Assembly (NCBI RefSeq): GCF_016433145.1
Contig: NC_058133.1
Location: 36,080,566 to 36,144,565, forward strand
Direction: 5' to 3'
DNA from: Gracilinanus agilis
Lineage: Eukaryota
Length of the DNA: 64,000 nucleotides
Below, piece after piece: positions 37,321 to 49,828 of this stretch. The stretch's first letter is position 1. The number at the start of each line of letters is the position of its first letter. The position numbers were made by a program, and so were the translations under genes. The notes beneath the pieces are model-generated. The model had not been told where the DNA came from. It did no database searches and saw nothing but the letters and a program-made list of their open reading frames with translations.

Positions 37321-38840
37321 AATAACACCATCTCTAACTTTCTGTTGCTCTAAATATAACAAGAATACCTTCTATTCTGTATCAAGTCCCATTAGGGGAG
37401 AAAGATGCCTAAAATTAAGACTAGGAACTGTCTACTTGCTAAGCCTTATCCATTCTACCCTCACATCTCCACAGAAGCTCTCATAATCCAGGCCATCATT
37501 ATTCATTGGCTAGATTATTGCATTGGATTCCTAACATCTATTTGGATCTTGTCTCTTCTTTCTAATTCACCTTCCACATAGCTGCCAAATTAATATTCTT
37601 AAAATACAGGTTGACTTAATCAGTTCTGTACTCAAAACTTTTTAATGGCTCCCTGGAGGACAAAATACAAAACCCTTACCTTGGCATTGAAAATTCTTTC
37701 TAGCCTGACTCTAGTTTCCTTTTCCAGGGTTCTTATGACTTTCCTTCATGTATGCCATGGTCCAGTCAAACTGCTCACAATTTAACATTTTACATCCTGG
37801 GACTGAATAGCCCAGCCCATACAGTAGACCTTGGATGAATTCCCCACTTCCCTTCTGTCCTCTTAGTACCCTTAGCATCCTTTAAGACTTGGCTACTTTT
37901 TAAAAATTCGATTGTATTTTATTTTTAGTAGTGAATTCTCTCCCTCCTACCTTTCCTCTCCTTTCTCTTTCACGATAACAACCAATACAGAGCCATAAAG
38001 ATAATAATAAGCATCAAGTGTCTGAATGGATGAATCAATGAACCAAATCAACAAGTGGTTGGAGAAAGCTCCCTCTGAGGAACAAGAAAGAGCCCAACCT
38101 CTTGTAAAAAGGGAAAGTTTTGGAACTTAAAGAGGGAAATCTTAGTTATCCAGAAAATGTACTTATAGGTAATACTCTGCTGATACTGAATAAATGATGG
38201 TGCTACTAAAAATATATCTGGGAATAATAATGGCAATGACTGATATTTGTTTGTATTTGTTACCAAGATATTTACAATAATCATATGATGAAGATAATGC
38301 AACTATTATTCGCATTTTACAGATGAGGAAATCAAAGTAAGTAGCTTGTCCAGGTTTACATGTCTAGCAAATAAGAGTCTTCCAGACCATCTCTCTTTTT
38401 GTGTACTGAGCATCTCCCAGGTCTGTGATGCTCTCCCTCTTTACTACCCACTCTGGAAATTAGAACCTCAACTGAACAGCATCTAATGCGTAAGGTCTTC
38501 CCTGATCTCTCCAGGTGCTCCTTAGTGCCTCTCTCCCAAATTATTTTGTGTTTATTCTGCATAGACTTTGGTATAAAGTATATTCCTACATTCAAATATT
38601 TAGTCTTTTAGCAAAGCCTAATTTGTAAGAATATGAAACCTTCCCTACTAGCTGGCTATTATTCACCACTGACAAACTCCAATAGATGTTCCAACCTCTT
38701 TTGTCCCTCCTACCATATTCTGTCATTCATAAACTCTTTCTTTTAAGCTACACAGTACTAAAAAATAAACACGACAGGGCAACATTTTCCCCTGAGTAGA
38801 GGCCAGCAGAATTAGCAGGGCTGGCTAGCTCTGGGAAGCA

Positions 38841-39013
38841 CATCTGCTCTGCCTGAACAGGTTATGGTATGTCTTTGCTGACAATCAGCTGCCAGCCACC
38901 ACAGATAAGAAACTTGGGCAGATTACAGTCCTTAGTTCAAAGAAATTCTATCAATGGGGGCCTTATTACCCCAAGCCTTTCATCACAAAAGAGACAAAAA
39001 TCAGGAAGTGAAA
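38841..39013. promoter_or_regulatory. Candidate haematopoietic enhancer (E-box, RUNX-GATA, ETS-IRF)
   Basis: catctg 38841, tgctgac 38876, cagctg 38886, accaca/agataag 38898-38909, aggaagtgaaa 39003-39013. Motif evidence only. Confidence 0.35.
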
Positions 39014-39979
39014 AGAGAATAAACATCATCTGAGAACACTCTTTTTTCAGTTCCTTAAATGTGATTTGGCCAAAAGAAAAGAAATCCTATGTAGAATCCC
39101 AGAGTCCTAGAGTGGGAAGTTCCTTTTTCATGGACAAATATGTGTGCCCCAAATAAAATGGGGGGGCAACACAATGAAATTGGTAGACAAAATATCCAGG
39201 GGTTGGTAAGGATTTTTAACAACAAAGTGGGCTCACCTTCTGGTAGATAAAGAGGCTAAGAGTTCACAGATCTCCTCTGCCTTCAGTTCTGCTCCTTTTT
39301 TGCCAAAATCTGTTTTCACAAGACTGAGTGCTGCTATGAATCACTTATTTCATCATTTTAAAAAAATCTATGCTTCTCATCTTTGATGGCAAAGTACAGA
39401 AGTGAAGGTGACAAAAGTGAGGCTGCAAGCAGGGAGGGAGCAAGGTTGTGGCTATTCTTTGGTAGAAATAATCTCACATCTCCTGCAGTTTTTTCACTCC
39501 AATTACTGGCTGCCCATTTCTATTACCCACTGCCCTCCTTTGCCAACTACATCTATATTCATCTCCTCCTTGACTAGGCTGATAGAGTAATACTTTTGGC
39601 AAGAACAGGCCTACAATGCTCTGGAATTGGAGCTTAATTCTCTTTAAGCACAAATCTTTTTTTATTTCTGTTGACAGCAAGATTTCCAAAACATTCTACA
39701 CGTCCCCTTGCCTCCAGGAAGCTTTTCTTTTGGACTCAGTAGAGACTTTCAACAAAAGTAATTACTGAAACAAAGCAAAGGAAGTATTTTCCCCAAGTTG
39801 TTTTTCATCCTAAATAAAAGCAAAGTATCCTATGTCTATGACCCTTTGTATGATACTTAAACATCTTGTGCCTCAGTTTCCTCACTTAACAAATAGAAGA
39901 TGGCCTTTCCACCTCAAAATATATTATTCTTTATAATAAATTTAAAAGTGTCCCTGAGTGCCTCTAACTTTTGGATGTT

Positions 39980-40200
39980 CAATAATAGAGACGGCACTGA
40001 GTACAGAGAGAGCACCAGATTGGCAAAGACCTGGATTGAATACTTTGGGCAAATGACTTAGCTTCTCTGAGCCTCAGTTTCTTGGTCTGTAAAATGGGCA
40101 GAACAATATCTGAACGAATTATCATTCAGGGTGATTGTGAGGATCAAATGAGATAATGGCTATGTAGTGCTTTGTAAACCTTGAAGTACTACCTAACTCA
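39980..40200 (+). mobile_element. MIR SINE
   Basis: tttgggcaaatgacttagcttctctgagcctcagtttcttggtctgtaaaatggg...gtgaggatcaaatgagataa. Confidence 0.8.
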
Positions 40201-40247
40201 GCTGGACACTACAATTCCCTCAATAATACATTATATCTCTCCTCCCT

Positions 40248-40492
40248 CTCTTTGGGCATAATTCCAAATTGCCTTCCAGAATGGTTGGATCAATTCACAA
40301 CTCCACCAGCAATGCATTAATGTCTCAATTTTACCAAATCCCCTCCAACATTTATTACTTTGCAGTCATATTAGCCAACCTGCTAAGTGTGAGGTGGTAA
40401 CTCAGAGTTGTTTTCATTTGCATTTCTCTAATAAATTTTTTTCATTGTGGCTGTAAATAGATTGGATTTCTTCCTCTGAGAGCTGCCTATTC
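40248..40492 (-). mobile_element. Older L1 ORF2 3' fragment; appears to resume at ~41212 after the nested insertion
   Basis: Antisense L1 (ttccagaatggttggatcaattcacaactccaccagcaatgc...atttgcatttctcta...gctgcctattca); continuation gaccattgcttagttgggg after the insert. Confidence 0.8.
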
Positions 40493-40506
40493 AAGAGTTG
40501 CCTTTG

Positions 40507-41197
40507 CAATTTGGAACTATGCGCAAAGGAGTTTAAAAGAATGCCTGCCCTTTGATCCAGTCACACCACTGCTAGATTTGTACCCCAAAGAGATAATAAG
40601 GAAAAATACTTGTACGAAAATATGTATAGCCACGCTCTTTGTGGTGGAAAAAAACTGGAAAATGAGGGGATGCCTTTCGATTGGGGAATGGCTGAACACA
40701 TTGTGGTATTGGTGATAGAATACAATTATGCTGAAAGGAATGATGATCTGGAGGAATTCCATGTGAACTGGAAAGACCTCCAGGAACTGATGCAGAGTGA
40801 AATGAGCAGAACCAGGAGAACATTGTACACAGAGACGGATACATTGTAGCACAATCGAATGTAACTGACTTTGCTATGAGCAGCAATGCAGTGACCCAGA
40901 ACTATTCTGAGGGACTTATGAGAAAGAACTGTGGGAGCAGAAACGCAGAAGAAAAACATGATCAATCACGTGGTTCAATGAGGATAAGATTGGGGATGTT
41001 GACTTTAAATGATGACTCTATTGTAAATATTAATAACATGGAAATTGGTTTTGAACAATGATACACATAAAACTCAGTGGAATTGCTCAGTGGCTCTGGA
41101 AGGGGAAAGGGAAGGGAGAAGGGGAAGGAAAGAACATAAATCATGTAACCATGGAAAAAACCCCTAAACAAACAAACAAATAAATTTAAATTTAAAA
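40507..41197 (+). mobile_element. 5'-truncated L1 (ORF2 C-terminus + 3' UTR + A-rich tail) with 14-bp TSD
   Basis: Translates (A)IWNYAQRSLKECLPFDPVTPLLDLYPKE...GEWLNTLWY; TSD aag(a/g)gttgcctttg at 40493-40506 and 41198-41211. Confidence 0.92.
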
Positions 41198-42314
41198 AAG
41201 GGTTGCCTTTGACCATTGCTTAGTTGGGGGCTGAGTTGTCAAACCGTACATTTCTCCTTTGACATCTATGTGGCTCCTCATTATTCACAGTTACCATGTT
41301 AGTTTATACCCTCATTCATTCTTGCCTAGATGGCTTTCTAAGTCTAATTGCACTCTGCCTCAAGTCTCTTACCACTCCAGCTCATGAGACATGTTGAGGT
41401 CAAAGGACCCCCTTAAGGGACTTCCTTATTCAATGCCAGGGGCTTTCTCTGGTCTCTTAGACCAAAGAGAACTCATCCATTTGGCTTGTAACGCCCTTCA
41501 TGATCTTGCCACAACCTAGCTCTCAAGCTTTGTTGGACATTGTTCCCCCTCCCTTGCTTGGTGGTCCAACTACCCTGAGGGCCTTCTCTCTGTTCCCCTT
41601 TTATTGCAGTCTGCCTCCCATCTCTCTACATTTGCACCAATTGTTCCCCATTCCTGGAATGCACTCCCTTTTTACCATTGCCTCTTTTTTTAAAAACACA
41701 AGTCATTCATCATCTTTTGCCTGAAGCTTTTCCTCATCCAACCCCTTTCACAGCTGCTAGTACCCTTCCTCCCAAACTATCTAGTACTTAACAGATATTT
41801 TAAATATGATATTCTTTGTTTCTGTCAAACTGCTTTCCAGTTTTCCCAGTAAATTTTCTCAAGTAGTGAGTTCTTGTCCCAAAAGCTTGGATCTTTGGGT
41901 CTATCAAACACTAAATCACTAAGGTTGTTTTTTAGTACTCTTTCAAAGTGTTTGTAGTCAAATCTTCTATCAGGAAGAGTATTTGGTCACATTTGTGCAC
42001 ATACATACATGTATATATTTTCTTAGTTTATTAGTCAGTGCCTACAGACTAAAGTGAGTTGGTTTGGGGTAGGGGTCCCTGCATAAGCTACAGGTGATCA
42101 TCAAGGTAGGAGAATTTTCCTCATCAAAATGCTGGTCTATGTAGAAATCTGAAATCATGAACAAAAATGAAAAGAAATGGAAGAGGTCAGGTTCTACTGG
42201 GAATTTCTAACATTCTTCTCTTAAGAGGAAAAATAAAAATAATAGTTAGAAAGGCTCACTGACAAGGAATCAGATCTTCTGGGCTGCTCCAGTGGCTGCC
42301 CTACTATACACAGT

Positions 42315-42520
42315 TGTTTGTTTGTTTTTTAAACAACCCTTACCTTCCAATTTAGAATCAATACTATGTATTGGTTCCAAGACACAAGAGTGGTAAAGGC
42401 TCAGCAATGGGGGTTAAGTGACTTACCCAGGGTCACACAGCTCTCTGAGGCCAGATTTGAACCCAGGACCTCCCATCTCTAGGCCTGGTTGTCAATCCAC
42501 TGAGCTACCTAGCTGCCCCC
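42315..42520 (-). mobile_element. SINE1_Mdo-type SINE
   Basis: Antisense copy ending in gagctacctagctgccccc. Confidence 0.9.
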
Positions 42521-45455
42521 TTTACCATACAATTTAAAAAGACACTTTGCTGAGTTCATTTCAAAACCATTATCTGGAAAACTTAACTAAGATAAAAGAA
42601 AAACTTTGATTGCAAGAGACTGTTAGCCAAATCCACTGACATGTTTTTCTTTTAACAGATGGTTTATGCTCTGACAGTGTTTGCATTTAATGCATTAAAG
42701 ATTACCTATTAATAAGGAAGCAGGGATGCTTTCCACTGATATTTCTAATTATAAAAGAAACAAGTTCTTTGTAACTCACTTTATGATGATAAACTGCAAT
42801 AAGGTTTATTTAAAGGGTGGGCCTGACATGACTTTAAAACTTTATATCTAAATCCTGTTTGTGACAGGCCTTTAGAGTTGATAGAGCAACATGCTTTATT
42901 TCCATCATTGCCACTATAAAGCAACATTTCTCAGATTCTCAAAATTTGTGCTTGTGAGTTTAGCTTCTGTTTATTTGTTTGGAAGGGAATAAAAGACAAA
43001 AATAAATGACTTTTTCTACAAAAAAAGTCTTAAAAACACTAAGCCATCATTTTCTCCTTCAGTAAATAGGTGCACCACTCAGTAAAACATGTCTAAACAT
43101 CAAATACAAGCATAGATCACCTGCCTGAGAGTTTTAAACCAGAAATGTTTAAGCTCAGTTTCAGAACATCTCTTGAACCACCATGTGACAGTCATGTCAA
43201 AAGTTCCCATTAGCTTCCCCTTTTACACTATGAAAATAATCAAGTGCATCTCTCATTAGATCTCTCAGTAATAGTCTCATTCTGAACCAATCTAAAGGAA
43301 TCAAAATTCATTTCTGTATACTGTGAATAAAGTAGTGGAATATTCAGAATTCAAATAAAATCCAAGATTTGCACAAACAAAATCCCATTTCTGCATATTA
43401 ATTACTTTATATTGCTAAGTAATTCAAAATGCGTGGCACCACTTGGAATAAAGGAAGTCAGATTGCACAGGAAGGTTCTTTTTGCCTATCAACCTATGTG
43501 GTGGAGATTCCACTAGTACAAGAAACTGAACTGAAGGTCCAAGTATTATAGGAAAGGTCAAAAATGTCAGGATGGCCAATTAAAACTTGCAAATCACCTG
43601 CTCCTATAACAAGTATAGGACCAAACACATTAGAGCTAGGGTCTCTTCCAGCTTTGAAGCTGTATGTTTCTGTTATAAAGTGTATTTTATAAATCACCCC
43701 AATTACCAAATGATCTGAATGTGAGTATACACAGCCATATTTAAAGAGGTGTAAATATGGTGATACCTTATGAGAAAGGCCCCAGAAAACTGCCTGTGTG
43801 TGCAGATTTTTAAGGAGTCTGCTATTCCTCAGGATGGCAACTGTGAGGGGAGAGCCTTAGTCAGATCCTTCCTTTTATGGCTGGTGACTCCAGAGGGGTA
43901 ATTCTCCAGAGAGTCTCTCTGGAGCCGTTTACCTAAAGTGGCTGCACGTGTCCACTGATGGCTTTTGTTTGGTGATCATGGCCATGTCCAGCTTGTTTAA
44001 TTACTACTTCTCAAAGCTTACACGCTACTCCCTAAACGGCTACGGCAGCACTAAAGCTTTTAGAGGGAATACACTACTGCACAGGCCTTGCCCATGAAGT
44101 GGACCACAGTTCACTGGAACCAGCCAGTTCGAATAAATAAAATGGAAACAGACATTTCTAGCAAACTATCTTGAAAGCTTTCCATTAGAGTCTATCAGGG
44201 GTATAAGCTGAGAACAGCAAGTGTCCATGTTGGAGTGGCCCGTGTCTTTTCTTGCCTTTTAGTCTTTGCTAGTAATGCTGAATAGGTATTTTTCTGCTAC
44301 ATTTGATAGCTAAAAATCCCCATGAAAAACAACATATGAACCTCTCTCTGGCTTCCCACTGAGCTTACCTAACCCTTCCAGGAATGTACAATTAACCTAC
44401 CAGAATTCAAGGGAGTGGCCTATTTTCCAAAGCTCTCCAATTGAATTTGAGTAGAATGAATACATTTAAAGTACAAATAAATATTCGTTGAGTTCTAATT
44501 CTGCTGGTAATTTGTGTTTCTGATGCTTGGCCAATTCCAAATGCATGAGGCTCTTAAGAGTAGTCTTACAGCACACTTATGAATTTCTACTGGTCATAAT
44601 GCATCCTGATATCCTCCCCCAAAGCTTACCTCTGGCTCTGAGTTTCAGTATCTCTTCTTAAGGTCCCTTGGGCTAAAGGTTCATTGCAGAGGATGAGGGA
44701 ATGACCCCCTATTGTTTTTAGGGTATGTACAAATATGCCTTAGAGGTCTACTATTCAAACCCCTCCACATTCTCACTATATTTCCAGACTTACTTCCTAT
44801 TAATGCCCTACATGCCTTCCATTGGACTACTGGCCAGCTCCTTTTGAGCTCAGTGTTCCTAACTTACGTTTCCACATGTCCCTCAATGCCTAGAATGCCC
44901 TCCCTGTTTATCACTGCCTCTCACAATCTGCTTTTCTGCATGTTGGGCACCTTTCCTCCAAGAAACCTTTTCTGATCTATTCCTCCCGCCGAGTTCATGT
45001 TTTCATTTTCTTCACTGCTATCGTGTATTAACTTCTTTATTCATGTACAAGTATGTAATTTCCTTGAAGGTAAAGACCAGCTATTTTTATAGTACTAGGC
45101 ACAGGGAGATACTTAATAAAGGTTTCTTGAACTTTGTTTCAGTAATACCTCTGGGTATCTATATGTACATGCACACATGCACACTGTGGTCTCTATCAAG
45201 GAGAGGAGGAATCTGCCTAATGAACCCTCAAAACATTTTTTTTAAAAGCTGATCAGAGCAAAGGGCAGGTGGGAGAAAACAACATGGGACCAAGGTAAAG
45301 TGTTTCCAGAGTCTAAGACGATGAAATAACAATGAAATGTCTTTTCTGGATTAGCTGATGAACTGGTACTAAACTGTAACAAAAAACAAGATATAAAGAA
45401 ATGTTCTGAGGAGTGTGATTGCTTTAAAGGATGTCCTCACACTGTATGTCTGGGA

Positions 45456-46226
45456 TGTGATACTGAGATTAAATCTGCCCTGCCCATCTTTAGATTTAAT
45501 CACCAAAGGTGAGAACATCCCCACTTAATTCACAAGTTGGGAGGTCTGTGACCCACGTGTGCTAGAGAGAGTGATAATCAGAATTTACTGACTGCCTACT
45601 GGGCAGTCCTAAGAAAAGCGTCTGTTGTGATTGGACATGTAAACCAAGAGGAAGAAACAGGAAGTGATGCAAAAGAATCCCCTTTAAAAGAGAGTGACAA
45701 CTTCCTGTAGCTCTCTTCTTGTTCATGTCTTAGACTCGAAGGAGCTCTTCTTGTTTGTGACTTGGACTTGGAGGAGTGCTGGACTTGGGACCCTGAGACC
45801 CTGGTGAGACTGTTCTTCAAGCTTTTCCTTAGAACTACACATGGTGATTGTAAAGACAAAATCTTCCTGGACTTCTCTAAAGAAACTGCTCTTGCTTTTT
45901 TTTTTTCTTTGAAACTGCTCTTTCAAAAGAGATTCTGTGACTGAAGCTTCTGTTTCATTCATTTCTGGCCCTCTGGCCTTAGGCTCAAGGCTGAGTCTCC
46001 TCTGACTGAAGATTAATTAGATCCGCCTGGGTTGAACAAGGAGGCCAGGGAAAATTACTTAGTGTGTTACATTACTTATCCTATACTCTCTCTCATTTTC
46101 TTAATTTTATCTTCCTCTTCTCAATTGTAAATACACTTCCATAAAAGTCATTTTGACTTGAAGTTATTCTTTAATTGGGGACTGATAATTATTCAATTCC
46201 CTGGCAACCAAACCTTTAAATATTCA
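45456..46226 (+). mobile_element. Probable solo LTR (~770 bp), antisense to RPAP2
   Basis: TG...CA ends (tgtgatactgag...taaatattca); internal attgg 45630, caggaagt 45658, tttaaaa 45683, donor-like CTG|gtgaga 45803; no TSD found. Confidence 0.6.
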
Positions 46227-47309
46227 TCCAACCAAAACCCCTTTTAACCTCTTACAGGGAAAAGCCAGCCTCTTTATGGTTTTAGGTTTTTCTCTTAAAC
46301 CCTTGCTTTCTGTCAGAAAGGCAAGGGATAGGCAATGGGGTAAGTGATTTGTCCAGAGTCACATAGCTAGAAAGTGTCTAAGACCAGATTTGAACCCAGG
46401 ATCACCAATCTTCAGGTCTGGTACTCTCTCCACTGAGTCACTTAGCTGCTCCCCCAGTCTCTTTAGGTGTAAATATCCTTCAAAGTGGCTGGTCCTATTC
46501 ACCAGACACTTAGTTTACCACACAAATACCACTGACTTAGCACAGTGCCCAGCACACCATAAGCTCTTATTAAACAGTTGCTTGTTGACTGTGCCTGTGG
46601 ACTGACTATGTAAAAGGCACCTTTTTGTAGGGCAGGAAGACAAACACCAAAAAGGCAGCTCCTACTACCTGAGAATATGTTCTACTGTGGGAATGACAGA
46701 AAAAAAACCCCAGCAAATTCACTTTTATGAAGCAACACAGAGTATGAAAATGTGAGAGAAAAATGTGATTCTACAGATCCAGTGCTTCCTTCCTTTCAAT
46801 TTAGCCATCCAGAAGCCTGCCTTTTCCCCACATGATGAAGCAGGCTCACACTACATGTGGGCTCCCACATTCCCAGTACAGGCCTTGGTGCTGGTGACAT
46901 AACAGCTTAAGCCCATCACGACCTTTTGTTTTCATGTTACAGACCAACTTGTCCAGTAAGGGCTGAGGGCTTCCAACAGGGAGTTTCAAAAGGAGAAAAA
47001 GGTGGCAGGGAAGCATAATGAGCTTGTGTGACTACTCTGGCATCCCACTGAACTGACTGAGGACCATGGCCTGAGGAAGTGGAAAGGACCCTGGACCTCT
47101 GAAGGCTCTTTTGTGAAGCACATCCTAGGGGCCAGGGTCCTCCTGAGAGGGTGAGGGGCTTCCACTATGGGCCTGAGCACCAGGCTGGCTCAACTCAGAG
47201 GCTCATCACCCCACGGTCTGGTCATCACGTGGCGATGACTTTGCTTGTTTTTCTGGCCCCAACAACTGCCCACTTTCCCTAAGGCAGTTAGGGAAGGGAG
47301 GAAGTAGAT

Positions 47310-47540
47310 CAAATGTTAGACTTGGAATCAGAAAGACACAGATTCAGATATATACTCAACCACTTACAAGATATGTGACCTGGACAAGTCCTTTCATGGT
47401 TGTCTGCCTCAGTTTCCTCACCTGTAAAATGGGCCAAATGAAAGCACCTCCCTCCCAGGAGAGTTGTGAGGATCAAATGAGATCTTCTTTGTAAAGTGCT
47501 TTGCAAACCTTAAGGCCTATGTCAATGCTGACTATTATTA
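47310..47540 (+). mobile_element. MIR SINE
   Basis: gtgacctggacaagtcc...tgcctcagtttcctcacctgtaaaatggg...gtgaggatcaaatgaga...gtgctttgcaaaccttaa. Confidence 0.8.
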
Positions 47541-47891
47541 GCCTGGCTTCAGACAGTATAGATGGAAGGGGCATTTACACCAAGAATAAAGATTTCTGAA
47601 CTAGTGAAGGAGAAGAGGTGCCCTTAAGAGTATAAGAGAGCCCATTTCTCTACAGAATGTCTTTAATTCATGGCTATAAAAAGGTGGGCATCAGGCCCTT
47701 CTTCCAGAACACTGTCCTCTTCCCTACTGTAATGCTATTTCTTTTGGAAAACCAGCTTCAATTTACAACATTTTGATATAAGCTTTTCCAAGAATGTAAC
47801 ACCTATGAATCAACATTCTTGATGACTCAAATACTCTGTGATCAAGAACTCCTCCACTTCATCCCTTGCTCTCAGACTTAAGGGCAATGTA

Positions 47892-48077
47892 GAGGGCAGC
47901 TGGGTGGCTCAATGGATTGAGAGCCAGGCCCAGAGATGAGAGGTCCTGGGTTCAAATATGGCCTCAGATCCTTTCTAGCTGTGTGATCCTGGACAAGGGG
48001 CCCATTGCCTAGCCTTACCACTCTTCTGCCTTGGAATCAATACACAGTATTTATTCTAAAATAGAAAGTAAGGATTT
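47892..48077 (+). mobile_element. SINE1_Mdo-type SINE
   Basis: gggcagctgggtggctcaatggattgagagccagg...ccttggaatcaatacacagtat. Confidence 0.88.
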
Positions 48078-49389
48078 GGCTAGGATCTCTTCTTGGTCCT
48101 CTTTGCATCTCTCTCTACACTCTTGCTCTACATCCCCATTGCTTCAACTTCTGCCTCTGTGGAGATGATCCCTATGACATCTCCACCTATGTGCAATACA
48201 CTCCAAGCTCCAAGCTCCTGAGCTTCTGGTAAGCTTTTTCTTTATGACATCTCCATTCCTGTCTGTAGCTCCACTATTCACCCTCTCTCCATCTCCACAT
48301 ATTCATTTTTGACAGTTATCTAGGGCTTGCCCTTTTCCCTTACCCTTCAGATCCAATCAGCTACTGCAAAATCTTGTGAATCTCATCTCTTCAGCATCTC
48401 TCTCACCCTTCTCTTTTCCCTTCTACAACCACCCTCGTCCAGGACCTTTTCACCCCTTGCCTGGACCACTACAATGGCTGACTAATTAACATCCTTGCTC
48501 TCAATGCCTGCCTGCCCCTCTCTCCTTCCCCCCCACCCCCCATTTCTATCCTTGATAATATTCTTAAAGCACACATCTATGCTAAGTACGTAATAAGTGT
48601 TCACTGACTAATGGACAGATTCTTCTCTATCTCTCACCACTTACATTCAAGTAATTATTAAATTATGTCAATGTCACCTCTGCAAATCTTAATTTAATCT
48701 TCTCCCAATTCCTCCTTAAGGTGACCTTAATAAACACTTTCAATATCATTTATCTCTAAAATAGTCCAATAGAACCTTCTTTCCCCCTGCCCCAACATAT
48801 TACTACTTTTTTTCCCCCCAATTTGTTTTCCAAATAGCTGCTAAAATATTTCCTAGGAATAGTCCTGGCCTCTCTCTCACACACACTTATGTATATATAT
48901 GTATATTTATGCATGTACATATGATCTTAGCCAGAGACCTCATGGAAAGTGGGCTATGCCCAGTGGTGCAGAGGAGAAAGTTTGGACAAGATTCCTCTGG
49001 GAAAATAAGTTGTACTTTTACTATCCCTTGAACCCTGATAATCTGTGAGATGTTACATGGCTGAAAACCATGGAATAGAATAATCTCCAAAGAATCAAAA
49101 TGGTGGGTATGATGAGTAGGTGTGGCATGTTATCAGTGAGGACTTCCATATAAGCAGAGACCAAAAAGAGATCACCCAGATCATTCCAATGGGTGGCTGA
49201 TCTCCTCCACCTGGTTCTTCTCTTCCACAGTGAAGATCGTAACCAATTTGTACCCATCTATCCTGGATACCTCCTGACCATATCTTCCCATCAAGTCACC
49301 AGCATGATTTGCATAATTAACATCTTAAGATGCTGAAAAATGCCTGTTCACTCAAGCCCTAGAACTGATAACCTTTGGGTCTAGTGGTT

Positions 49390-49510
49390 CAACCAACTTC
49401 AAATCTTCCTAACTGTATTATCATTTAACACATATCTATCCAACTGAGCCACAAGAATATCATGACAGGGTCTGTCAAATTACTGAAATCCAAGTATACA
49501 CACATTTATA
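49390..49510 (-). mobile_element. L3/CR1 reverse-transcriptase remnant
   Basis: Minus strand gta tac ttg gat ttc agt aa..ttt gac aga corresponds to a VYLDFS(KA)FD-like RT motif. Confidence 0.65.
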
Positions 49511-49640
49511 TAGCATTTTCGTAACAACCTAACAAGGGGTAGCCATAACTAGGGTATAGCAATGAGCATTTTTCCCTTAGGCCCTGGTTTTAACAGATTC
49601 AACAGTTTTAAATAATTATTTTTAAAGAATTTATACTTTT

Positions 49641-49828
49641 GGGGGCAGTTAGGTGGCTCAGTGGATTGAGAGCCAGACCTAGAGATGGGAGGTCCTAGGT
49701 TAAAATCTGGCCTCTAGCTGTGTGACCCTGAGCAAGTTACTTAACCCCCATTGCCTAGCCCTGACCACTCTTCTACCTTAGAACCAGTACACAGTATTGA
49801 TTCTAAGATTGAAGATAAGGGTTTAAAA
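49641..49828 (+). mobile_element. SINE1_Mdo-type SINE
   Basis: Near full length; 13-bp TSD aatttatactttt (49628-49640, 49829-49841). Confidence 0.92.

Noticed and set aside
40248-41197. Twin-primed (5'-inverted) single L1
   Set aside because: The TSD flanks only the plus-strand part, and the antisense L1 resumes after it, which indicates a nested insertion.
40517-41216. Cluster of 70-111-aa ORFs
   Set aside because: Alternative-frame and antisense readings of an L1 ORF2/3' UTR remnant.
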